DNA of 64,000 nt from an uncultured Verrucomicrobiae bacterium (GTDB taxonomy: Bacteria > Verrucomicrobiota > Verrucomicrobiia > Chthoniobacterales > JAFAMB01). Positions 23,645 through 34,309 of this stretch are shown piece by piece. A program made the position numbers and the translations under genes. The first letter of the stretch is position 1. Every line of letters begins with the position of its first letter. The notes under the pieces are model-generated. The model was given only the letters and a program-made list of their open reading frames with translations. It ran no database searches and was not told the origin of the DNA. The stretch spans positions 640,001-704,000 of the forward strand of contig CAWAIK010000001.1 of the NCBI GenBank assembly GCA_963782115.1. Direction: 5' to 3'.

Positions 23645-24939
23645 CTAGTCTTCTGGAAGCTCGAGGCTGATCAGGTCAGCATAACTTTGCCTACGCCGCA
23701 CGATCTTCGCGTCTGTGCCTGAAACCAGCACCTCCGCGGGAAGGGGTCTTGAATTATAGCTCGATGCCATGGTAAACCCGTAAGCGCCCGCGCTCATGAG
23801 GGCCAGAACATCCCCGGATTCCACCTGCGCAAGATCACGGTCCAGCGCGAAGAAATCGCCGCTTTCGCAGACTGGACCAACCACATCCACTTTGGTCAGC
23901 GGTTGATCCTTGGATTCCCGGACCGGTACGACTTCGTGATATCCCTGGTACAACGCCGGGCGGATCAGATCGTTCATGCCGGCATCGACAATGACAAAGG
24001 TTTTCGCCGGTGTCTTCTTGACATAGAGAACGCGAGTCAAAAGTACGCCTGCGTTTCCGACCAGAAACCTGCCCGGCTCGAGCAACACACGCACCGAGAG
24101 GCTCTTCAGGAGTGGGATCGTCGCTCCGGCGTATTCCTGGATCGTCAGTGCATGCTTGGATTCCTCTTCTTTCCACCAGACCTTGTCGCCGCTCTCAAGT
24201 GAACCCCGATAAACAATGCCGATTCCTCCTCCGATGCTGAAGAACTCGATACCGCACTCGGATTTTAACTTGCCGGACCAACGGCACCATTTTTTCGATC
24301 GCCTGTACGAACGGTTTGATCTCGGTGATCTGAGATCCGATGTGCATTTGCACGCCGCGAATCTTGATGTTGCTCATCCTTTTCGCCCGGTCGTAGACCT
24401 CCGCTACGCGATCGATCGCGATGCCGAATTTGTTCTCAGTTTTACCGGTACTGATGTATTTGTGGGTGTTCGCTGAAACGTCCGGATTCACCCGTATTGC
24501 GATCGGAGCCCGCTTGCTCAACGATTTGGCAATCTCGTCAATGGCGCTCAATTCCTGCTCCGATTCGATATTGAAGCTGAGTACCTCGCAGCGCAAAGCG
24601 TACTCGATCTCTTCACGACTTTTGCCGACACCGGCAAAGGTACACTTTGCCGGATTGCCTCCGGCCTTGATTACCCGATAAAGTTCGCCTCCGGAAACGA
24701 TGTCAAATCCGGCGCCTTGATCGGCGAGGAGACGAATGACAGAGAGATTCGAATTTGCTTTGACGGCGTAGCAGATCTCGTGACGCAGCTCCTGCAACGG
24801 CCTGGTCGAGCCGCTGATAGTGATCCACAATGGTTTGCGAGCTGTAGACATAGAGGGGTGTGCCATATCGCTCGGCGGCCTTGTCGAGAGGATAAGATTC
24901 GCAGGTCAGTTTGCCGCGTTGATAGTGAAACGAGTGCAT
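23645..24939 (-). CDS. lysA: Diaminopimelate decarboxylase (apparent frameshifts)
   Basis: [44 protein letters not shown]. Confidence 0.95.
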
Positions 24940-24941
24940 GG

Positions 24942-25832
24942 TTAAACGGCAAATCCCGTCTGGTTCTCGCAGGCAATCACTGTATTGACCATCAACATCG
25001 CGACGGTCATTGGACCGACCCCGCCGGGTACCGGTGTGATGGCCCTTGTCTTTCGAAGCGGTTTCCTCAAAGGCGACATCGCCCGTGATTCGATATCCGC
25101 TTTCCGATGCTGGATCCTCCACGCGATTGATACCGACATCGATAACGACTGCTCCTTCCTTCACGTATTCGCCGCGTACAAATTCGGGCTTGCCGATGGC
25201 AGCCACGAGAATGTCTGCGGTTCGAGAGATGTCCGCCAGATTTCGGCTGCGGGAGTGCGCAATGGTAACGGTGGCGTCACCGCCTTTTCCTTTCCTCATC
25301 AACAAGAGGGCAAGCGGTTTGCCCACCAGCATGCTGCGCCCGATGATCACCACGTGCGCCCCGGTTGTTTCGATGCCGCTTTCCAGAAGAAGACTTTGGC
25401 ATCCTAAAGGCGTGCACGGAACAAGTGCGGTCGGATCACCCATCGCCAGTTTCCCGACATTCATCGGATGGAAACCGTCGACGTCTTTCGCCGGATCGAT
25501 CGCGACAACGATTTCTTCTTCATCGATGTGCGGGGGTGGAGGAGACTGGACCAGAATCCCGTGAATTGCCGGGTCCGCGTTCAAGACGTCGTAAGATCTT
25601 CAACAGATCGGACTGCGACGTTGTCTGCCGGCAGCTCAATCTTCCGGGAAAAAAAACCAAGCTTTTGGGAAGTCCGGTCTTTGTTTCGGACGTAGGTGAT
25701 CGATGCCGGATCCTCGCCGACGAGGACGACCGCCAGTCCTGGCGTGATTCCACGTTCCTTCAAACGCCCAACCTTCTCCCGGGTCTGCTCGTTTATCCGG
25801 TCCGCAACGGCTTTGCCATCGATCAAATTCAT
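24942..25832 (-). CDS. folD: Methylenetetrahydrofolate dehydrogenase/cyclohydrolase (apparent frameshifts)
   Basis: [44 protein letters not shown]. Confidence 0.95.
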
Positions 25833-25941
25833 TCGGTGCCAGTTTTGGTGTCTTGTTTTTGCAAAGCTGAGCAGACTACGGCGCCTCATCGGATTTTCGG
25901 GAAACGAAAATCCGGAAACAAGAAGCCGACCTTGGTTCCGC

Positions 25942-27356
25942 TTACTGCAGCCACTCGGTATGGAACGCTCCCGGCTTGTCGATTCGTTCGTAGGTATGAG
26001 CGCCGAAATAGTCGCGCTGCGCCTGAAGCAGGTTTGCCGGCAAACGTTCCTGGCGATAGCTATCGAAATAGGCCAGGGACGCACCGAACGCAGGAACGGC
26101 GACACCGGCCTGAATCGCGATCGAAACCGCCAGGCGCCAATTTGCCTGACTTTCCTCCAGGATCGAGCTGAAGAACGGATCGAGCATCAGGTTCTCCAAT
26201 TGCGGGTTCCGATCGAATGCTTCTTTGATCCGATTCAGGAATTTCGCGCGAATAATGCAGCCTCCTCGCCAAATGGTTGCGATGTCGCCGAAATTCAAGG
26301 TGCCAATTGTAGTGTTTGCCGGCCGCGGCGAACAAGGTGAATCCCTGCGCGTACGAAATAATCTTCGAGGCGTACAAGGCATCGCGGACCGCGTCGACGA
26401 GTTTTTGGCGGTCTCCCTCGTATTTGAATGGAGGTGGTGCGGGGAGTTGCTTCGAGGCCCGAACGCGCTGCTCTTTCATCGAGGAGAGAACGCGCGCCTC
26501 TACAGCGGCATTGATCGTCGATATCACCACGCCCTGTTCGATGGCGGATAGCAGCGTCCATTTTCCGGTCCCTTTCTGGCCCGCTTTATCGAGGATCACG
26601 TCGACCAGGGGTTTGCCCGTTTCAGGATCTTTTCTGCGGAAGATGTTCGCAGTGATCTCGATTAGAAAACTGTCGAGGTCCCCCTTGTTCCAAGTATCGA
26701 AGACCTCATGCAATTCGTCTGCATTCAGCCCGAGCACGTCGCGCAGGATGGCGTACGCCTCGCAGATCAGTTGCATATCGCCGTACTCGATACCGTTGTG
26801 CACCATTTTAACGTAATGGCCCGCCCCTCCCGGGCCCATGTACCGGCAGCACGGCTCTCCATCCACTTGCGCGGCGATTTTTCGGTAAATCCGGCGAAAC
26901 AATATCCCAAGCTTCCTTTGTTCCTCCAGGCATCAAGGAAGGGCCTTTCAACGCTCCCTCTTCACCGCCCGAAACCCCAATTCCCAGGTAGTTAAAGCCC
27001 TTCGCGGACAAGGCCGCCTCGCGACGCTGGGTATCGGTGTACAAAGAATTTCCGCCGTCGATGACAACGTCGCCCTTATCCAGATGGGGCAACAATTGAT
27101 CGATGACCGCGTCGACCGCTGCGCCCGCCTTGACCATGATCATCATCTTGCGGGGCTTAGCCAGGCTTCCGACGAACTCTTCAATGGACCGCGTCGCTAA
27201 AATATTTTTCCCGGCGCCGCGGTTTGCAGCAAACTTCTCCGTCACCTCCGTTGTACGGTTAAAAACCGAAACGGAGAACCCTTTGCTCTCCATGTTGAGA
27301 ACGAGATTTTCGCCCATGACAGCGAGGCCGATTAGTCCGATATCTGAAGGATTCAT
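25942..27356 (-). CDS. gnd: 6-phosphogluconate dehydrogenase (apparent frameshifts)
   Basis: IGLIGLAVMGENL, VSGGEEGA, VKMVHNGIEYGDMQ, QAQRDYFGAHTY. Confidence 0.96.
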
Positions 27357-27424
27357 GAGTTGGGGATCGAAGGTTGAATTAACTGTAGATGTTTCGCAGT
27401 ATCTAACATCCAGGAAGGTTGGCA

Positions 27425-27823
27425 ATGCAGTTTTGTGACATCAGAATAACTAAACAACCTCTGGATGCAGCCAGCCTGCGCTTTTCGCGGACCGAAGGTG
27501 CGGTGGTCGATTTTTTCGGCGTGGTTCGAACAATCGAAAACGAGCGCTTGATCGACGGCATCGAATACGAAGCATTTGAGGCGATGGCAGAGCGTCAATT
27601 GGCGCTGATTGCCGATGAGGCCAGGGATCGGTACGGACTGGTTTCCGTGATCATTCATCATCGCATCGGATTAGTGCGAGCCGGAGAAGCTTCTTTGTTT
27701 GTGCGGGTTACCGCGCGCCACCGTCGGGCCGCGTTCGAGGGGAGCAGTCAGATCATCGAGCGGCTGAAACAAGCTGTTCCAATCTGGAAACACCCTGTCT
27801 ACGCGAGTGTTCAGATCGCATGA
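27425..27823 (+). CDS. moaE: Molybdopterin synthase catalytic subunit
   Basis: GAVVDFFGVVR, YEAFEAMA, HRIG, HRRAAF, LKQAVPIWK. Confidence 0.92.
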   Translation: MQFCDIRITKQPLDAASLRFSRTEGAVVDFFGVVRTIENERLIDGIEYEAFEAMAERQLALIADEARDRYGLVSVIIHHRIGLVRAGEASLFVRVTARHRRAAFEGSSQIIERLKQAVPIWKHPVYASVQIA

Positions 27824-28393
27824 ATCTTCCCAACCGGCTCACGATTCTTCGCCTGGTTTTGACGCTGCCATTCGTGGCTGCGCTCAGTCTTCAATTTCCA
27901 GGGGCTAAATTGTTGGCCCTAGGTTTATTCATCGCCAGCAGCATTACAGATTATGCCGACGGATATATCGCTCGAAAGTTTAAGTTGATCACGGATTTCG
28001 GAAAACTGATGGACCCGCTCGTCGACAAGATCATGACGATCTCCGCTTTCATTTGCCTGGTTTCTCTCGGAAGTGTCCCAGCCTGGGCAGTGATCGTGAT
28101 TGTGAGCCGCGAGTTTCTGATCACCGGGCTTCGCCTGATGGCCGCGGTTCGCGGCAAAGTGCTTCCTGCCGAGCGGTTGGGAAAACTCAAAACGGTTTGC
28201 CAGATCGTCACCATCCTCTATTGCCTGATCCTGGTGGCAATCATCGACCAGTTCGGGCGTCTGCTTAAACCGCCGACCATTACATCGCTCAATGTGGTCG
28301 GCTTAACTCTGGCTTTTCTTACCGTCGGATCTGACTCTCTGGTCCGGAATTTCGTATTTCGCAAAGAACTGGGATCTCGTCAGCGAGCTGTAG
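27820..28393 (+). CDS. pgsA: CDP-diacylglycerol--glycerol-3-phosphate phosphatidyltransferase
   Basis: MNLPNRLT, TDYADGYIAR...FGKLMDPLVDK; apparent indel near 28330, true end LTLWSGISYF...EL* at 28393. Confidence 0.93.
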
Positions 28394-28445
28394 GAGGCGA
28401 GCGGTCAGCCCTGGATGGCGCGAAGATAAGAAGGGTTTGGGCGAT

Positions 28446-28758
28446 TCATTGCCCCGGAGGGGCTGCACCGTAGCCGCTTTGCCAACTGAAACCGTCGTGG
28501 CCTTTGCCTTTTAGGATCTTGCTCGAGCTGGTTTTGAGATTCTTGACCAGCGAGAGAGATCTTTCTGGAGAGACCGCAAAGAATGTGGACATGATCTGCC
28601 ACTCCTCCGACCTGAAGCGGAGCGCAGTCCAAAACTCGCAAGGTTCCGGTCAGATAAGCGTGTGCCTGCGATCGGACTTCCGTCGACTGCAAAAATGGAC
28701 TTCGATTTTTGGTGGAGAAAATAATGTGGACCAAGACCAGGGCGAGGGATTGAGACAT
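28446..28758 (-). pseudogene. tnpA: IS200/IS605-type (HUH Y1) transposase, frameshifted and truncated
   Basis: HIIFSTKNR, GGVADHVHIL (HUH), then LVKNLKTSSS...FSWQSGYGA; catalytic Tyr helix absent. Confidence 0.85.
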
Positions 28759-28922
28759 GTTATTAACACACAATAAATTTATGTTCCTGTCACTCTATAT
28801 CTTGCGCCCTTCCAGGGCGCGTCGCCACGGGTGTTCCGTTCCAGGGTTGAAACCCTGAGCATTATACACAACTCGGAGAAGCGGCGGATACCTGAAAGCA
28901 TCGCTCGGTGGTGCCAACAAAT

Positions 28923-30330
28923 ACAGGCTGGAAACCTATGCTATAATATGCCACACTGCTCTCCGGACTGTCTGCGATCTCGCAAGGACATCCTGACGCT
29001 TTCTCCGCGAACCCGCAGCAACGACGCAACGGCGTAAAGTAGCATAGGCTTCCAGCCTGTATCGAACCACCAACCGACTTCGATTTTTCATCCGGACAAT
29101 CCGAAATCGCCGGCCCCGATAAGAACGCCAGCCAACCGCAGTCGACGCTCGATACAGGCTGGAAGCCTATGCTACTTTGCTCTCCGGACTGGCACGCGAG
29201 GTATGGAAATCCTCCTGCAAAGCGCTTCCGCGTACCCGCCACGACATGGCAACGCCGTTATGTAATATAGGCTGCCACCATGTATCGAGTCACCGACCGG
29301 CTTCATGTTCAAAATAGACGCACACACAACATATGTATATTGTGTTACTAAGTGCAAAATTTCTTCGATCCCGAAGCCGATTTCAGGTTTATCGTCGCAA
29401 GGCGGATTGAAGGCGAGCCAAAGTTTTCGTTGTTCTTCTAAAGCTCCGCTCAACTGGAACGCTTCGAGCAATACATTCGAGACAATCCGAAATCGTTGCC
29501 CCCGGATAAGAACCCGAACCAACCGTAGTCGACGCTCGATACAGGCTGGAAGCCTATGCTACTTTGCTCTCCGGACTGGCACGCGAGGTATGGAAATCCT
29601 TCCGCGTACCCGCCACGACATGAGTCACCGACCGGCTTTATGTTCAAAATGGATATGTACACAACATGTGTATATTGTGTTACTTCATGCAAAATTTCTT
29701 CGATCCCGAAGCCGATTTCCAGGTTTATCGTCGCAACCTTCCCCATCGCAGACAGGCAGGCGTCACCTATTTCGTAACTTTCCACCTGGCCGATTCGTTG
29801 CCCGCACAAAAGTTGGCAGCTTTAGAAGAACAACGAAAACTTTGGCTCGGCTTCAATCCGCCTCCTCACCACGAACGCCAAATCGAAGAGTATCATCGCA
29901 ACTTCTCGACGCGTATTCATGAATGGCTTGATGCCGGCCATGGTGGGTGCGTTTTAGCCCGCCCGAAGATCTATCGACTAGTCGAAAGCGTTTTGATTTT
30001 CTTTCATGGGCAACGGTATGCGCTCGGCGAATATATCGTAATGCCGAATCACGTTCACGCACTGGTTCGACCGCTCGATGACCACCGCCTCGACGGCATC
30101 CTTCATTCGTGGAAATCGTTTTCGGCAAACCAGATCAACAAAATGTCCGGTTCGCGCGGTCGCGTGTGGCATCCGGAATCCTTTGATCACATTGTCTAAA
30201 GCTCCGCTCAACTGGAACGCTTCGAGCAATACATTCGAGACAATCCGAAATCGTTGCCCCCGGATAAGAACCCGAACCAACCGTAGTCGACGCTCGATAC
30301 AGGCTGGAAGCATATGCTTCCAGCCTGTAT
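28923..30330. repeat. REP family ACAGGCTGGAAGCCTATGCTAC in both orientations
   Basis: Copies at about 28923, 29039 (rev), 29154, 29262 (rev, degenerate), 29541 and a fused perfect palindrome at 30297-30330. Confidence 0.9.
29687..30270 (+). pseudogene. rayT: REP-associated tyrosine transposase (RAYT) with in-frame stop
   Basis: RRNLPH...YFVTFHLADSLP, IVMPNHVHAL (HUH), HSWKSFSA, WHPESFDHIV, TAA at 30197, then in-frame SSAQLERFEQYIRDNP. Confidence 0.88.
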
Positions 30331-30543
30331 TTGTTGGCACCACCGAGCGATGCTTTCCAGACAATCGATAGTGGCGCTGGGCTTGTGACCGCTTCCCGCC
30401 GACAAATTGTGTATAATGATCAGGGTTGAGACCCTGGGCTCAATCCTCCTGTCCCTTCGGGACGAAGAACCATCCCAAACAGCCCTTAACTTAACTTAGC
30501 GACATTCCGGTCAGTCCTCGCATCTCGTTTTTAGGTTCCGGAA

Positions 30544-31173
30544 TCAAAAGTTGTCGTTAAAATGCCCGCAGACGCGGAGGTGCCCGTCGGCAATCTCAAA
30601 AATCTCCGTGGAGATCGGCCAGGGATCGTTGTGATACAGGCTATGCACCAATGGGGCAAAGGATTGGATGTCTGTCGCCAACCGCGGGAAGAAGAAGATT
30701 GTCTGGCGATTCGGAATGGCAAAATAGCAGTCCGGTCCAAGCAAATCCGCATAACGGTTGCCGAGCTCCGGCAAGAGCAGGATTGAAGACAACGTGGGAT
30801 CAGGCCTCTCGACGCGAAGCGCGGTGATGACCCCGCTGGAGTCTCTGATGATTTCCGGCCTGACCGTTCCAAGAAGCCGGCGCGCGTGATCGAGAGTTTT
30901 TTGGGTCGAGGCGAAGCGGTCCTTTTCCGCCAGTTCCTGCGGTTTGGCAGGTGCCAGGGTCTCGCTGTCTATTACCCGATAATAAGCCAGAAGGGTTTGC
31001 TTCGTTCCTTCAACGGGTATGGTGATGGGCGACCTGTAAAAATAAGGATCGAGGATCAGAAAAAATTGATCGGCGTCGGTTCGAAACACGGCGGTGACTG
31101 TCAACAAGAAGAGCAATACTATTCGGCGGTAGAGTTTGCAGTTTCTTGCCTCTCGCGTACTTCTATTCAGCAT
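30544..31173 (-). CDS. Hypothetical exported protein
   Basis: Long ORF with signal-like RRIVLLFLLTVTAVF; start uncertain. Confidence 0.6.
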   Translation of the reverse strand: MLNRSTREARNCKLYRRIVLLFLLTVTAVFRTDADQFFLILDPYFYRSPITIPVEGTKQTLLAYYRVIDSETLAPAKPQELAEKDRFASTQKTLDHARRLLGTVRPEIIRDSSGVITALRVERPDPTLSSILLLPELGNRYADLLGPDCYFAIPNRQTIFFFPRLATDIQSFAPLVHSLYHNDPWPISTEIFEIADGHLRVCGHFNDNF

Positions 31174-31174
31174 C

Positions 31175-31777
31175 ATGATATCCTTTCTCGATGGCGAACT
31201 TGTTGAGGCGTTGCCCACGCAGGTAGTCATCTCAGTTCAGGGCGTTGGATACCTCGTCCAGATCCCTCTCTCAAGCTTTGAGCATTTGCCGGCGATCGGC
31301 GCGCGCTTGAAACTGTTGACTCATTTGGTGGTGCGAGAGGATGCACACTTGCTGTTTGGATTTGTGACCGCGGCTGAGCGGGATCTTTTTCGTCTTCTTG
31401 TTCAACATGTCACGGGTGTGGGCCCGAAGCTCGCGTTAGCCGTGCTGAGCAAGATGAGCGTCGGCCAGTTCAAGGCCGCCGTCGTGAACGAGGATCCCAA
31501 CGCGTTATCGAAAGTCAGCGGACTCGGCAAGAAAACGGCAGAAAGAATTATTTTGGAGCTAAAGGACAAGGTCGGAGTCGCTGCTGCGTGGGAGTTGGCT
31601 GCTTCGGGTCGGAACGATCAACAAGCCAAGGTGAACGACGCGGTCCTGGCACTCCTGTCTTTGGGCTTTAAACAAGTTGAAGCGCAAAAGACCGTTCGCG
31701 AGATTCTTTCCCGGGCGAAAGGGGAAGAGATCGATACCGAAGAACTGGTTCGCCGCGCGCTCAAGCAGTTGGCGTAG
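31175..31777 (+). CDS. ruvA: Holliday junction branch migration protein RuvA
   Basis: MISFLDGEL, VQGVGYLV, VREDAHLLFGF, GVGPKLA, GLGKKTAERIILELKDK. Confidence 0.96.
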   Translation: MISFLDGELVEALPTQVVISVQGVGYLVQIPLSSFEHLPAIGARLKLLTHLVVREDAHLLFGFVTAAERDLFRLLVQHVTGVGPKLALAVLSKMSVGQFKAAVVNEDPNALSKVSGLGKKTAERIILELKDKVGVAAAWELAASGRNDQQAKVNDAVLALLSLGFKQVEAQKTVREILSRAKGEEIDTEELVRRALKQLA

Positions 31778-31785
31778 GAGAATAA

Positions 31786-33151
31786 ATGGATTATTCCGTC
31801 GCTCTAGAGCGTATCCAACGCGTTCGCGAACGGTTTCCCGAAAAAGGGATTGTTCGCGCAGAAGGAGTGGCTGATTTCGCCGCAACCTTTTTTGATTAGT
31901 GCGCAGTTTGCGGACGAACTCGAACGGCTCGGGCATTGGTTGCTCAAATTTGTCAGGGCGTCCAATCTCCTCTACTACCTCAGCGTAAAAGGCAAAGAAC
32001 CTCCCTGGATTGCAGGTTACCTGGACGCGGGAAAACCAGCCCGGTTAGTGGATATTTCCAGAAGATATCGTTACGAAATTCCGCGAGTCATTCGGCCGGA
32101 TATTATTCTGACCGACGGCGGGTATGCAATTTCAGAGCTCGACTCGGTGCCTGGGGGGATTGGCCTTACTGGATGGTTGAACCAGACCTATCGCGAACTT
32201 GGTTTCGACGTTCTGGGCGGTGGCGATGGAATGATTAACGGGTTTCATTCTATCCTTCCGACAGGGGTAATCGCGGTTTCGAAAGAATCCGAAACCTATC
32301 GGCCGGAGATGGAATGGTTGTGCGACCAATTGATCGCCAGACATGGGGAGCGATGGAGAGTGGCGGACGCTGAGACGTGGGATTTTCGAACTCCGGAGCC
32401 TCTCTATCGATTCTTTGAAATGTTTGACCTGCCGAACCTTCCCTCCAGAGATGCGTTGATTGAAGCCGCCGAATCAGGCGCTCTCCGCATGACTCCGCCA
32501 CTTAAGCCGTATTTGGAGGAGAAGCTTTGGTTCGGTCTCTTCTGGTCGAAACCCCTGCAGAACTTTTGGCGACGCGAATTGCGGGCAAGTCATTGGGCAA
32601 AGTTGAAATCTCTGGTTCCTCACACCTGGATCATGGATCCGGCTCCCGTACCGCATCACGCGGTGATCCCGGCGCTGGAAATCCAGGACTGGCGCGAATT
32701 GAAGAAGTTCAGTCAACGGCAGCGGGAATTCGTCTTGAAAGTGAGCGGATTTTCGGAATTGGCATGGGGCAGTCGCGGAGTCTTTGTCGGGCAAGATCTT
32801 CCCCAAAGGGAATGGTCGGATTGCATCGAACAAGCGATTACTTCCTTTCGGAGCGGTCCTTTTATCCTTCAGAAATTTTTTAAAGGTCGTCTTGTCGAAC
32901 AACCGTTTTACAATCCGGCAACCAATTCGATAGAGACCCTGGTGGGGCGAGTCCGTCTTTGTCCCTATTATTTTGTTTTGTCGGAGAACGAAGTCCGTCT
33001 CGGCGGAGCACTAGCTACGATCGTGCCGGCGGACAAAAAAATAGTCCACGGGATGCGCGACGCCATCATGGTTCCGACCGCAGTGGAGTTGCGGAGCAGC
33101 GAGTCTGGGAATCTCGCGAGCCGAAGCGCTCGGGAGATTTCCCGGATCTAG
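31786..33151 (+). CDS. Uncharacterised ATP-grasp-like ligase
   Basis: IRPDIIL...SELDSVPGGIG, VLKVSGFSELAWGSRGV, FILQKF, VRLCPYYF; SD + ATG at 31786, homopolymer indel near 31845. Confidence 0.7.
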
Positions 33152-33166
33152 ATGGCATTGGGATTT

Positions 33167-34204
33167 CTACAGCACAATCTCCACTTCGCTTCTCAGTGCG
33201 ACCGAGTCGGCAACAGCCTGGACAACCCGCATGTACTGCAGACCCTGCGCGAAACTGGGCTGAGGCTCAATGCTCGCCGGGGAACGTGCCGCGGCGATAA
33301 AGTCCTCCTCCACACGCCAAAATTGCTCCAACTCCGACGGTATTTCGATGTCAGCGGCGCCATTTTCTCCCAGTCGCCCTCCGCTGATCCGATCCGAGCT
33401 GAAATCGTAGGTCAGCATCCCCTGACTTCCAAAGACCTGAAGTCGATCCGAATTCTCAAAAGGGGCGACGCCGCTGAATTCCATCACCCCTTCCATCCCG
33501 TTCTCGAACTTGCAAAGAACAATGACCATGTCCGGAATCCGGATTTCGTACCCGTGACGAACGGGGTTAATGGTCTTTTGGCGGGCAAAAACGTGCGTGA
33601 TAGGACCAAACCATCGTTGAACCACCTCGGCATAGATCCCGAGCGTCAGGACGTTTAATCCCGATAGTTCATCGCGTTGTCTCCAATGCGGGGGCGCGTC
33701 CGGATCGATATATGTCCCGGAGAGGCTCTGAAGGCGCAAATGATGAGGCTCCCCGAGATAACCTTCCGCGAGCAGCTTCTGGATGAAAAGGTTCCCGCGC
33801 ATTCCATGAGGGGGCGGGCACACCATCGTGACCAGATGCGGATTCCGTTGGGAGGCCGCAAACATTTCCTCTGCTTCAGAAAGATTCAAAGCCATCCGCG
33901 CCTGCGTGAAGACATGTTTGCCTGCTTCAAGGGCGGAGATCGCGATCGTTGAGTGCAGATAAGGCGGGGTACCTATCCAGACGATATCGATATCCGGGTC
34001 CGCGACCAGTTCGACCCAGTTGGCGTAGGGCGTCGCCTCAGGGATATATTTTTTGCAACACTCCTCCGAGCTTTCGTAGGACGAGTTGCAAACGGCGACG
34101 ATCTCGACGTCCGGGATTTTCTTGAGCGCCGGTAAGTGGCGCTCCTTGACAACGGTCCCGGCGCCGACGATCCCGATCTTCAATTTGATTTGCCGCGATG
34201 CCAT
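33167..34204 (-). CDS. Gfo/Idh/MocA-family oxidoreductase
   Basis: IGIVGAG, DIVWIGTPPYLH, AGKHVF. Confidence 0.9.
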   Translation of the reverse strand: MASRQIKLKIGIVGAGTVVKERHLPALKKIPDVEIVAVCNSSYESSEECCKKYIPEATPYANWVELVADPDIDIVWIGTPPYLHSTIAISALEAGKHVFTQARMALNLSEAEEMFAASQRNPHLVTMVCPPPHGMRGNLFIQKLLAEGYLGEPHHLRLQSLSGTYIDPDAPPHWRQRDELSGLNVLTLGIYAEVVQRWFGPITHVFARQKTINPVRHGYEIRIPDMVIVLCKFENGMEGVMEFSGVAPFENSDRLQVFGSQGMLTYDFSSDRISGGRLGENGAADIEIPSELEQFWRVEEDFIAAARSPASIEPQPSFAQGLQYMRVVQAVADSVALRSEVEIVL

Positions 34205-34309
34205 GGCGAAGTTTTTCAGTCAGACAATCTGAATGCCTATTCGTTTAAAACGAAGAAATTTCGAACCAGACTCCGTTTTTCGGAATCCGGTGCCAATGAA
34301 TATCTGCGG

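Larger units (their letters stand above)
28855..30423. mobile_element. Non-autonomous IS4-family (IS50/Tn5-like) shell carrying a RAYT locus
   Basis: 19-bp TIRs CTGAGCATTATACACAACT (28855-28873) and revcomp CTGATCATTATACACAATT (30405-30423); flanking direct repeats GGTTGAAACC (28845-28854) / GGTTGAGACC (30424-30433). Confidence 0.8.
28414..30506. mobile_element. Outer REP-bounded Y1 transposase locus
   Basis: Imperfect inverted ends (GATGGCGCGAAGATAAG...GCCCCGGAGGGGC vs GTCCCTTCGGGAC...CTTAACTTAGCGACATT); hairpins GCGCCCTTCCAGGGCGC and CAGGGTTGAAACCCTG. Confidence 0.6.

Noticed and set aside
28923..30330. CRISPR array
   Set aside because: Repeats alternate in orientation, spacing is irregular, spacers are related to each other, and no cas genes are present
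28855..30423. Tn5/Nextera adapter contamination as source of the IS50-like ends
   Set aside because: Both ends differ from the mosaic end at several positions, face inward as a pair and are flanked by a target duplication
28855..30423. dif/Xer-like site formed by joining the ends (ATAA-N6-TTAT)
   Set aside because: The 19-bp TIR plus 10-bp duplication model restores the REP exactly and explains the flanks better
6900..31850. Mass pseudogenisation or programmed frameshifting of nuo, metH, lysA, folD, gnd, pgsA
   Set aside because: Breaks are single-base indels in otherwise well-conserved housekeeping genes, often at short runs; best explained as sequencing or assembly error
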